In this document: positions 13,235 to 24,000 of the stretch, piece after piece | Position numbering within the stretch: the stretch's first letter is position 1 | Layout: every line of letters starts with the position of its first letter | Assembly: GCA_013265495.1 (NCBI GenBank) | Contig: MU058009.1 | Span: 4,220,739 to 4,284,738, forward strand | Length of the DNA stretch: 64,000 nucleotides | DNA from: Vicugna vicugna | Lineage: Eukaryota | Direction: 5' to 3' | The notes under the pieces: generated by a model | Databases searched by the model: none | What the model saw: only the letters and a program-made list of their open reading frames with translations | Told to the model about the DNA's origin: nothing | Translations under genes and position numbers: made by a program

Positions 13235-13430
13235 ACTGAGATTGAATCGTGGTTCTGCCACTTAATGTATCAGCGTGACCTTAGGTCATTTGGGTATTTC
13301 TTAGACCAATGAACCTCATCTGTGAGTTGACAATAGTAAACGAAACCAACCTAGCGCCCAAGATGATAAAATATCTCTTATAATCGACTAGCACGGGACC
13401 TAGCATATAGTAATAGTGTTCAATAAACAC
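13235..13430 (+). mobile_element. MIR SINE
   Basis: ttgaatcgtggttctgccactt...gtgaccttagg...cctcatctgtg...ctagcatatagtaatagtgttcaataaa. Confidence 0.65.
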
Positions 13431-13646
13431 GGACCAGGAGTGTGAATTTCGCCAATTCCTCCACTTGGATCCAAGCAAAATTCAGAGCAGAACTGCTCTG
13501 AATTTCGATAACACAAATGACATCCCAGGTACACTGCTAGCAAAGCAGGTGGTGCGATGTGTCGTTCTTAAGGGATTTCAAACCACTGTGGTTTGAATCC
13601 ACATGTCAGTGAGTTTGTGTGAGAGGAAGAGCGTCAGGTCTGCAAG

Positions 13647-14135
13647 GGAGGCGGGTTGTTAGAGGAGGCGGGGCACCAGGGGAGGCGGGGTGTCAGAGGA
13701 GGCGGGGCACCAGGGGAGNNNNNNNNNNNNNNNNNNNNNNNNNNNNNNNNNNNNNNNNNNNNNNNNNNNNNNNNNNNNNNNNNNNNNNNNNNNNNNNNNN
13801 NNNNNNNNNNNNNNNNNNNNNNNNNNNNNNNNNNNNNNNNNNNNNNNNNNNNNNNNNNNNNNNNNNNNNNNNNNNNNNNNNNNNNNNNNNNNNNNNNNNN
13901 NNNNNNNNNNNNNNNNNNNNNNNNNNNNNNNNNNNNNNNNNNNNNNNNNNNNNNNNNNNNNNNNNNNNNNNNNNNNNNNNNNNNNNNNNNNNNNNNNNNN
14001 NNNNNNNNNNNNNNNNNNNNTGTCAGAGGAGGCGGGGCATCAGAGGAGGCGGGGCACCAGAGGAGGCGGGGCATCTCAGGAGGCGGGGCATCTCAGGAGG
14101 CGGGGCATCTCAGGAGGCGGGGCATCAGGGGAGGC
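13647..14135. repeat. 17-bp G-rich minisatellite (ggaggcggggca...) spanning an N gap
   Basis: ggaggc recurs at 13647, 13664, 13681, 13698 and 14028, 14045, 14062, 14079, 14096, 14113, 14130 (period 17). Confidence 0.95.
13719..14020. other. Assembly gap (302 N)
   Basis: Run of n inside the minisatellite. Confidence 1.
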
Positions 14136-14254
14136 ACAGTACAGGGAATGGAGTGCTTCCTCCATTTGCTGTACTTCCCTACCTTTTAGTCACTCTCCAG
14201 CATATTCAGGATGTGGTCATCACAGCCATCAGAAAGGCTTGGAGTTCACTCTAG

Positions 14255-14895
14255 ACCAGCCCAGACTGCATGTGCAGCCTGGTTACCTGGAGATCTTATT
14301 AGAGTGCATGTTCCAGTGCATGACGTATGAGGTCAGGCCTGAGCTGCTGGGTTTCACAGAAGCTCCTAAGCGATGCTGACTTGCTGGTTTTCCAATCGCA
14401 CTTTCACGTAAAGCAGTGTTTCTCCAACCCCAGTGTGTGTGTACCGCTCACCTCTAGATTCCCTCTAGATCCTAAGGAATGGTCTGGGGGGCCATCATCA
14501 TTGACATCTCCTGGGAGCTTACTAAGAATGCGGACTCTCGGGCCCCACTCCAGACCTACCAAACCAGAATGTGCATTTCAGATAGATGTATAAGCATGGC
14601 CACAGTGTCTGTTCACAGGGGACCCTGCACTTGTTAAATGATCTGCTCTCACCATCTTGAAATTCATCATAATTCTTAAACAAAGGGCTCTGTGTTTGCA
14701 TTTTTCACTGAAACCCCCAAACTGTGTAGCTGGTCCTGGGTACGCTGCTCTGTGCCAGCGTTGCTCTAACTTTGGTGTGTATCTGACCCAACTGGGATAG
14801 CTAGAAATGCACATTTTGCAGTTTTCAAGGCTCCTGAGTCAGTAGGACAAGAAAATCTGTAACAAACACCTCATGTGATTTTGATGCCTGGGGTC
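14255..14895. mobile_element. Cluster of MER5-family fragments with a MER91A copy at about 14597-14740
   Basis: ctgggagcttactaagaatgcggactctcgggccccactccagacctac is MER5A1-like; ccatcttgaaattcatcataattcttaaacaaagggc...tgtagctggtcctg is MER91A-like. Confidence 0.6.
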
Positions 14896-16410
14896 CCTGC
14901 CCGCTCGGAGAAATGCTCCCCAGACCATTTCCTCGTTAGGTCCCTCCTCATTTCTATCTTGTGTTGTCCAGAAAACGCAATCAATGGCGCAAAACGAGCT
15001 GGACACGGAGCAGAGGGGTTCTGGTTGAGCAGTTTTCCCCACAGGGGCTCTCAGCAGGCCTTCCCACCTGCGCCTGAGTGGCCCAGCAGCGATCCTGTGA
15101 CATTTACACAAGTACAATCGGAAAGGATGCAGGCTCGGGAGATCTCATCTCGAGAGGGACCGCCTGGAGAGACTGGCGGTTCTCGGGCCTTTTATGGTCA
15201 CAGACAATTCTGAGAATTCAGCGGAAGCAACCGTCCCTCCCCACTGAAACATTCAGCCTTGCACATTCTGAGGGGCACCCAGGACAGGGAATTGGAACCT
15301 GGCTGAGAGGTCTGACCCCATCACTCCCTAGCTCTCCATCCTGGGGCAGGTCACCTGGAGGCCTGGTCTCAAAGTAAGACCAGCTACCTCACCAATTTGC
15401 TGCGAGAATCAGACGAGACAGTGTGGATGCGAAAGTGCCTGCACCCTGCCGAAGGGCGGCACTGTGGTACCTGCCCTGCTGCGTTGCTACTTCCGGTATT
15501 GTGGTCAGGAGGAGGACACTGTGTTTGTGAATTTAGCCTGAGGCCACAGAACATACTTGGTGTAGCTGGAGGAGGGCATGAATGCAGACAGAGCTGACGA
15601 GGACTTGGCGAGAGGAGCTGGGAAATTTGAAAGCATAGGGAAAGAGAAGGGAGCTTCCACAATCTGGGGACTCCAGATGCAAAAAGAAAAGAAGGAAAAT
15701 CTATTTTTACACGCGCAAATGGTTTTGAGATTTTGGAAAATGCCTTTAGTCTAGCAGCAACTGAGCGTTTCTGCCCCTGGGTATAGAGAAGAGAAATGGC
15801 ACTGTGGCGGTCCATATTTAGTTTTTGACTTAACAAGCCTTCTGTTGGAATTCGCTATTCTGAGATGAGAAGAATAATGTTTAGTAGTTAAAATCTGGGC
15901 TTCTGATCTAGCACATAATATCTGGGTGACTTGGGAGAACCATTCAGTTTCTCTGTTCTTCAGTTCTTTTTACCAACAGAGCCTTCCCCATAGGGTTGTC
16001 GTAAGCACCGGGGAAGTGAGCAGACCCAGAGCACCTCGAAAGTGGTGTGGTTGTCTTTGCCCGCATCATGGAAATCCCTGAGCAAGGGCAGGGCTGGTGG
16101 TGCCCCAGTGGCCCAGCCATTCTGGGGATGGTAGATGCCTGTAGGATGTACCTGGTGGACAGTTAGCACCGTCGAAGTGGTCCTGTGCTCAGGGGGTTTC
16201 AGAAGCACCGAGTCACTCAGGACCCGGAAGTCTGAGATACGTCCTGACCTCAGATGCTGGGTCCCAGGAGGAGCCGGCCTGGACAGGTCAACAGCAAGTG
16301 CATGCGTGCACACTGCGGGGCGGGGGGTGCGGACGAGGCGCGGGAGCCAGTCGTCCCAGCCGTGCCGAGAAGACCGCACCCTGCTGGCCCCCATTTCCTT
16401 GCCGCCCCTT

Positions 16411-16437
16411 GGCTTACCTGTCTGGTCCTCCTTTCAG
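16411..16437 (+). promoter_or_regulatory. 3' splice site of the NTM exon: candidate branch point (cttAc, A at 16416), polypyrimidine tract and CAG
   Basis: ggcttacctgtctggtcctcctttcag sits directly before the exon, with a YTNAY motif 21 nt upstream of the AG. Confidence 0.75.
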
Positions 16438-16670
16438 GTGCTCCATTGACAACCGGGTCACCCGGGTGGCCTGGCTGAACCGCAGCACGATCCTCTACGC
16501 CGGGAACGACAAGTGGTGCCTGGACCCACGCGTGGTCCTCCTGAGCAACACCCAGACTCAGTACAGCATCGAGATCCAGAACGTGGACGTGTACGACGAG
16601 GGCCCGTACACCTGCTCCGTGCAGACGGACAACCACCCCAAGACCTCCCGGGTCCACCTCATCGTGCAAG
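16438..16670 (+). CDS. NTM: Neurotrimin (IgLON family GPI-anchored neural adhesion molecule), internal 233-bp coding exon encoding most of Ig-like domain 1
   Basis: Translates (frame of ORF 16298..16708) as (R)[103 protein letters not shown] are NTM-type residues; the paralogue OPCML reads DDRV, WSIDPRVIILVNTPTQYSIMIQ as I recall it. Acceptor tctggtcctcctttcag (AG 16436-16437), donor CAAG|gtaggc (GT 16671-16672); phase 2 in, phase 1 out. Both canonical Ig cysteines and the DEGPYTC motif are present. Confidence 0.97.
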
Positions 16671-17357
16671 GTAGGCGGGCCGTTGGCGCTCTGGCTGCGG
16701 GCGCCTGACATGCCTGTTCTGTCCGGGCGGGACCGCTTCCGTGTGCTCGCTGTGCCTTTGGACGCTGACATCTCAAATCGCTTTCCCATTGAATGGGACT
16801 AGATTTTTTTTTTTGCTTTTGTTCCAATAATATATTTGCTCAGAAAATTATCTTCTAATTATTGCTTTCCTTGGCTTTCTTCTCCTCTTAGGGTTTTTTT
16901 TTAGGTTCTATCCAGATCTAAGCCTGCTTTATTTTAAGACCAGCGTTTTAGCTCTGCGGGCACTACGCAGACACCATGCCCTCGCGCAGCCTTCAGAGCG
17001 AGCGGCACCAACCGCAGGTGCTCGGAACCCCTACCTGTTGTACCTTGATCCCAGCCACCTCCGTTCTTCTCGGCTCGCTCACAAGTCCTCCGTCTCCCAG
17101 CCCTGGGTCTCTGAGACCAACCCTTCTCCCCCGGTCTGCTTCTCCAAGGTCTGGCTGCACCCCCTCCCCGCCCTCCTCCCGGGTCTCCCACTCCCAGCTT
17201 TTGAGGCCTGTGCGTCTGCTGTGTTTTTGCGTCTCTGGCTTCTGCTGTCTCCGGGTTCCCAGGAGCTGAGGATGAGGCTCATCTGCTCTCCGTAAGCAGA
17301 TCAGGTGCTGGGGGTTCCGACAACATGGAACCACGTGGACAGACTCCTAGTCAGGGA

Positions 17358-17545
17358 GCAAGCGCTCGGAATCAGACTTGCCACTCGGGGGCTGGGGGAC
17401 CTTGACCGGGCACTAACTGTGCCCCAAGGCTTCCTTCTGTGAAATGGGGTCAGTGCTGTGAGGGTCTGTGCTGAGGATGGTGCTTCGCTGTAACACACTC
17501 AGGAGAGGGCTAGGCACAGAGAGGTGCTATTTAAGTATGAGCTGC
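17358..17545 (+). mobile_element. MIR SINE
   Basis: gaccttga...ttccttctgtgaaatgggg...ggcacagagaggtgct. Confidence 0.55.
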
Positions 17546-20500
17546 TGCTTTCAATACTGTTATCTCTAAACATCATTTTCAGTGGACCAGACACTTCGTT
17601 TTATTACTTCAGATGGTGACGGCCCCAAGCAGTAGAGCGGGGTCCTCTGCTGGTGTTCCTCTCTCCCTCCTTCAGCCCCCCTCCTCCAGCTCAGTGGCAG
17701 GTCCAGGGTGAGAATCCCTCCCCTGGAGTCTCCTTGCGCCGCCCCTTGTGTCCGGGCCCCCGAGGAGGAAGGGGTGGAGCTGCTGGAGGGCAGGCGAGAG
17801 GAAGAAGGAGCAGGAAGGTGCTCCGGAAGGAAGAACACAGACCGCCCGGAGAATCAAGGGGGGAGCAGGGAGGAGGCAGGAGGCAGTGGGGCTTGGGGCC
17901 CGGGTGCAGGCTGCGCCGAGGGAGGCAGGTGGGCAGCGAGGAGCAGAGGGCAGGCTGGAAGCAGGGCAGGGGGTGAGGCCGCCGGGGCCTCTGAGCCCCT
18001 CGTGCCGCGTGGCAAAGCCTGGTCACGCCCAGTTATTTTTACTTTATGTCCCCTTCCTCTTTCTTTCCGAAAAGAAATGGTGATGACTTTCTCCTCTTGT
18101 TGGTTCCACACAGGAGTGTTTGTCAAACTGCTGGGAACAGACAGCCTTTTTTTTTAAAGGAAACGGAATTGCACGGGACGTATTAGAGTGTGTTACGAAC
18201 GGGAGAACAGGGGTGCTCCCTGAGAGTCTCTCGGTGTGTGAGCCTTTCTGACGTGAAGTACGCTTTTCACTGGGGATACTTGGCCAGAGAAAGTCTAAGG
18301 ATCGCTGTCCGGCGAGGAAGTTTGACAGGTGCCCCCGTGGCACCATTTCTGCAGCACCAAGGGGCATGAAGCCGTGCCCCACCCCACCCCCGCTCCCCAT
18401 CACCGCCTTCCCAGGAACGCACACTTATTGTTGGGAGCAGAATATCTGACAATGACAAAGAGACTGAGGACTCCATGATGTCACAGACACATGTTTTAGG
18501 AAGCAGGACCTTTATGGAATTAGAAAACGGAAGCGTGAAAAACACTGAAACCGCCTTGAAAGCAAGGATCATGGTTTTGTCACTTTTTTCCCTTAAGCCT
18601 CCCTCCCCCTCCACACCCGCTCCCGGCCCGAGCACCAGGAGAGTGCCTTGTACAAAGTGTCCATGTAACAGATGCTTATTGAAGCAAATGGCTGGAACTA
18701 TCGCCCCAAGGCGTCAGACGGGCCCAGGGAGGGCAGGCTGAGTGTCGGTGGGGGTGGGGAGGCGGGGGACCGGGGACAGGTCTGCATCAATCTCCGCTCA
18801 TGTCCACCCTAATGAAAGGTGTCTGGTTCCCAGCCAGGTGCTTGCACCTGGGGCTTGGCGAGGCGGCCTCCAAGCTGACGCCCACCTCAAGTATCGGAAT
18901 CCCATCTTGGGCTAATTTTCTCATACTGATGGGCGTATCGATCTGGAAACAAGCCGGCCTGAAAAAGGCTCTGGTCTTGTCTGCAGATTCGGCCCCAGCT
19001 AATCCGTGGTCAATATGCCTGGACTGGGCATTATCGACACTTGAATGAATAGAGGACCGTGGTTTCTCAGAGCCAACCTGTCCCTCCCCTTAAAAGCAAT
19101 CAGACAAATGAAAGAGAGCCAGGCTCCCCTGGTTCTGTGTTGGAGAGAGGATACATCACCACCCAGGATTAAAAAAAGAAATATATTTATCCTGGGATCG
19201 TTTATTGTACCGAATGAAAGCCCTAACTCCCCCCGCAGAAGCCAGCTGGGTTCTGTTGGAGTTGCGAGTCAGCCCTCTGCAGAGCGGTGTTAGGATGAAA
19301 GTCAGACACGGGCACTTTTCACAATGGTATTAGAATCATTAAATACACACACGCACACACACAACAGCAGCACCAGAGAGGAACCACAGTGCTGTCTCTG
19401 CCCACCAGTACGTGCGTCTGTATGCACGCGGTCAGCTTCGTGGACGAGTAGACACACACAGAAGGACGCGCTGGTGGCTTCCCAGTATCACGCAAGCTGT
19501 TGAGGCCTGGAATTCTGTGCGTCTCCCCCCTTTACTGTCAAATACCCGCAGCCCAGCTGGTTCTCTGTACTGGGTTTTCCCTGCGCTGTGTTCACGTTTA
19601 ACTCCTGCCCACAGCCCTGCAGCCATCCTCGCATCTGTCTGAGTCAAGCACCAGGGCCCTCAGCCCTCTGTGCCTGCCCCCATCCCTGCACAGATCATCC
19701 CCAGGAAGCGGCTGGGGCCCCTGGGACCCTGGCCAGGCACTGAGCACATGCAGACGACGCTTTAGTTCCCACCGTGTGGAGAAGATGGACCCGTGTAGCG
19801 TTTGGGGACCCAAGTCCCCCCCAGGGCTTCAGCTTCTGGGAGTGTAGCTGCCAGCCAAGTCCCTCCTGGCAGCCCTCCTCCCCAGACTCCTGGGTCCTCT
19901 CACCCCCCGGTGCTGACCAGACATTCTCATGGGTTCGGAAACCAAACATGCAGAGACCGGGGGCCCGCTCGTCCGGGAGCCGCACTCCCGGGGGCTCTGG
20001 TCCGGGCGCTGCTCTGTCCCCCGCTCGGGCTCAGGCCGAGGGCTGCGGCGTCCTCGGTCCGGGTTCCCAGGGCTTCAGCTGCTTCTGCGCCTTCAGCCCC
20101 GCCCGCTCTCAGCGCGGCCTTTCACTGCTGCCAAGTCGTAGATCTGTGCTTGGTCCCCCAGGATATTTTTAAAATCTGCTGAAAACACATCTCCTCATAG
20201 TAAAGGAAAAAGAGGAAATGCTCGCTTCCTTTTTTTTTTTTTTGTGAGTCCATCTCTCCTTTCCTCACTGTTGCTGCTGGATTGTGTTTTCCCTGTGGTT
20301 TTGTTGTTGTTGTTGTAGTTCGTTTGTTTTTTTAAGGAAGATAGCTCTGGGGCTGCCTAAAGCCTCCGAAACCTTTCTCATGCTGGTCGGGGCGGGGTGG
20401 TTTCCAAAGGCCCCGGCAGGGCCGGTGCAGTGGTGGAGTGTGGATGGGGGTCAGGCCAGCCCGGGCTGCAGAGAGAGCCCCCGCAGTGGGCAGCAGTGGG

Positions 20501-20802
20501 GTTGGGGGAGCAGCTATGATGTGGAGCCTGGAGGGCAGCAGGCAGAGGAGTGGGTGCATGTGAGGCCCCAGAGACCCGCAGCTGCAGGGCCCGCAATGTA
20601 AGACCAGCCTGCAGAAGAAGGTGATGGCGCTTCTGATCTGCACTGTCCGGGGTCAGGGCTGCAGGCAGAGCCCAGGCAGTCCTGTGGGGCGGGGCTCCGA
20701 GGCCGGTCAGGAGCCCTGGGCAGCCTTGTGGGGAGAGTGGTCCTGGAGCTCATGTGGGAGGGGGCTGGGGGAAGGCAGCTGGGTGGGAGGGACAGGGAAG
20801 CT

Positions 20803-21005
20803 GCGCTAAGGAGCTATTCACCACAATGGTGACTACTTTAAATTTAAATTAGCCAAAGCCAAATAAAATGTAAAGTTGACACCTTCGGTCACACGAGCCA
20901 CATTTCAGGTGCGTCAACAGCCACATGTGACCAGTGGCTCCTGTACTGGTCGGAGCAGGTAGAAAGCCCCACCATCCCAGAACCTTCTGCTGGGCAGCAC
21001 GTGCT
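20803..21005. mobile_element. MER3/MER33-like hAT-Charlie remnant
   Basis: gtcacacgagccacatttcaggtgcgtcaacagccacatgtgaccagtggctcctgtactgg. Confidence 0.65.
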
Positions 21006-24000
21006 GAACGAGAATGGGCTTCACTGACTTGAAAGGTGGCTGTGGTGTAGGAAGGAAGGTGGAATTCCGGAGAGACAATGGGAACAGGAAAAGACGGTGC
21101 TGTTTTAGACAAGGGAGATTTGTTGAAAGTGATGGAGACCTGGAGCTCCTCTGTCAGCTGGACAGAGACGGAAGTCGGAAGTCTGAAGGAGGGTCCCACG
21201 GAGCAGAGACAGAACCTGGGGACGACACGGTGTGGGCGTGGGGGCGGGGCGCCCCCAGGACCTTAGGAGTCTGGCCTGGGAGCCCTGGGGGAGGCTGGCC
21301 CTCTCTCATCTCAAGCGCCCGGTGGGGAAGCCTCGTGCAGCAGCAGAGGGGCAGGGGGTGAGATGCTGGGACTCCTTGATTTTAAGATGCCTTGAATTCT
21401 CGACTGAAAATGAGTTCGTGAAAAGTAAGGAGTACCACCCACCCCTGGGTTGGCACGCCCACTGAGGCAGCCAGAACGTACTCTCTTAGACCAGAGTGAG
21501 GGAGAGCCATCTGTGATTGATTAAAATTTGAGTCCAGCGGTTTCCACCTCTGACCTCGGGGCGCCACGCGTCATGAGTGTAATGAGTAAGACGCTGCTCC
21601 TCCAGGCCAGCTGCGCACCCTAACCCTTTTCCTCCCTGGGTGCTGCTGCCAAGCCGAGCTTCTCGGGACGTGGAAAGGGCGGTAGCCCTGTCTCCATTGC
21701 TCCCTAGAAGAAGCCGCGTCCTGGACAGCGGAGTGGACAATGACGCTTTGCGGGACGGAACTGTCTGCCGGATCCAGGGCAGCGTGGCGACGTCTCGGAA
21801 GCCCTAACTGTACCTGTAAAGGGCCTTATGTTTGGAGCGGGAAGCTGCCCTGGTGTCTGGGGACCAGCGGGGTGAGTTCTCCTCCCAGCGCAGGAACCCG
21901 CTGGGCAGGCCTGGAGCTGGACCTGCCAGGCTTGAATCTCACTTAGAGACACATTTGCATGATAGAGAACGGTAGGATACAGTGCTTAGGAAAATGGCGA
22001 GTTCGTGTCATAATAATCATAATAATAAAAGCTTTTGGCCTTTATCAGTTTTCTAGGCCCTATCTAGGTCTCTCTTTTGTCTCTGGAGCATCTAATCACC
22101 CCCTCCCTTTTGTTTGGTGTAAATGAGTTTTCCTCTTTCTTCCTGGGCAGAATTAATCTGAAAACCCCTGCTATTGTGTGATAGTTAATTACCTGCCTTT
22201 GGGAGTCGAACCGCTGGGAAGCTCCCCTGAAAGGGGGACCCGCTGAGGTCTCTGGAAGAAGACAGGAGTGAGAGGACAGAGCCGAGCCACCGTGGTCCCG
22301 TCCCTGAGTTAGCGGGACCCCGCAGAGAAAGGCGAGGTCAGGGAACAGCCGGTGCAGGTGGGCGGGCGGGCGACTCGCACAGACCCTCTCCTCTGCCTTG
22401 TATCCTCTTCCTGTTCAGACCCCCCCTCACCTGCCTGATGTGCATAACCACGATGCTTTCCAATCCTGAATAATTAATTGACCTTGTCAAGCCAAACTCA
22501 TTGTTAAGATTAAGAGAACAGGAACAATGACTTTTAATTTCCAGACACTTACGCCCCTCAGCCCCTCCCCACCCACTCGAACCTGCACAAAAGGAAATCT
22601 GAAAACCCACAGATTAGCAAGAATAATGTCTCTAATCCTCACCCTGGAAGCAAGGATGCCTGTCTCTGCAGCCGCGTCACCTCGAAAGCAGCCGCCCCCG
22701 CGCCCCGCGAGGCCCCCGTGGAGCTGAGGAAGCCTCGGCGCCGCCGTCTCGCTTCCAACGGGGCTGCGTCCCGCTGAGCCTGCGGCCAGGAAGCGTCACC
22801 GTCCAGCTCTGAGTCCACGGAGTCACCTTCCGAGCACACCTGCCTGCGCCAGGGGCCAGCGGCCCTGTGTGACAGGAGATCACACTTGCCATCCCCGACC
22901 GCTTTCCAAACGGCCGAGCCTTTTCCCGCCCCGCTCAAGAAACGGGTGAAATCGCTCATCCAGTCTGATCGTGAGGCGGCGCCTCTGTCTTCAGCAGGAC
23001 CTTCAAAAAGTCAGGAAATTGAATTCCACTCCCAAATTAAAGTGTTCCTCAAAGCCCCCGGAGAATGCCAAGGGAGGGGGCACTTTACCTGAAATTGATT
23101 CACAGAATTGAAACAGCAACAAACGAGGCGACTCAGCTTTACCTGCCGAGGTTTTTAATTTATGACGCAGTTACTGGCAGTGGAGGGGCGCAGACTCTTG
23201 GTGGGCTTACTCAGTTTCAGTCAACCCCCTGGAAAGGCATCCATCTGCTTCGCCAACCCGGGGAGAGCCTTCTAGACTGAAGACGTCTGAGAAAGGCTCT
23301 GTAGTGAAGGTTGTGCAGCTTTAGTAACGGCACGTTCTGCGCCTTCTGGCACTGCTGGGGAGGGTCCTCGTGTCTCCCGGGCACTCAGGAAAGCTCAGCG
23401 TCCGTGTCCTGGTGCCTCCCGGTCCACTCAGTAGGCAGACAGCAGGTCCCCCTGCCCAAGCCCTCCGCACCGCTCACGGCTCTAAGGAGGCGGAAAGTCC
23501 GGAGACCCTACTGCTTCCCAGAGAAGGCGGGAGTCAGTCAGAACCCCTCCAGGGGAGCAGTTAGAGCCCCCGAGGGAAGGCCTTTAAGCAGCTACAGAGT
23601 TCTCAGCCCTTACCTGGCCCTCCCCAGGGAGTCCGCGGTGCCTCAGAGTCTGATGCAGGAGGATTAAGGAAAGGGGGCTCTGATTCCTCCTGGATCTCGT
23701 GAGTCCTGCAGCCTCCTAATAGGACGTGCCGTCCGCTTCCACTGGGGACAGGGCAGACGTCGGCCTGGGAGCGCAGTGCTTCCTCCTGCATCCCTTCAGA
23801 CTCCTGCCCCCGGTCAGAGGCTCCCTGTGGTTTACTCGAATTGGACTTGAAGCAGAGACTCTTAATGAGGGACTTGTGAGGTATCGTTATGGTTTCGGTA
23901 CCCGTGGGATCCCAGCCGTCCTAGAATATGTCCAAAAGAATCCTCGTTACCGTGTCCCTAAAGGTTTCAGTAGGTCGTGCCTGTGGGGTGTGTACAAAGC

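Noticed and set aside
252..14135. CRISPR-like arrays in the two periodic repeats
   Set aside because: The units are directly adjacent with no unique spacers, there are no cas genes, and the DNA is mammalian. These are minisatellites.
16438..16670. Assignment to OPCML, LSAMP, NEGR1 or IGLON5
   Set aside because: The diagnostic residues ([25 protein letters not shown]) match neurotrimin.
16298..16708. Whole 136-aa ORF as a standalone gene or secreted single-Ig isoform
   Set aside because: Homology is confined to the segment between the splice sites. The read-through tail [12 protein letters not shown] has no nearby canonical AATAAA to support intronic polyadenylation.
18628..18647. RE1-like ccgagcaccaggagagtgcc (similar partial matches near 26903, 32085 and 54178)
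   Set aside because: Wrong half-site spacing or several core mismatches.
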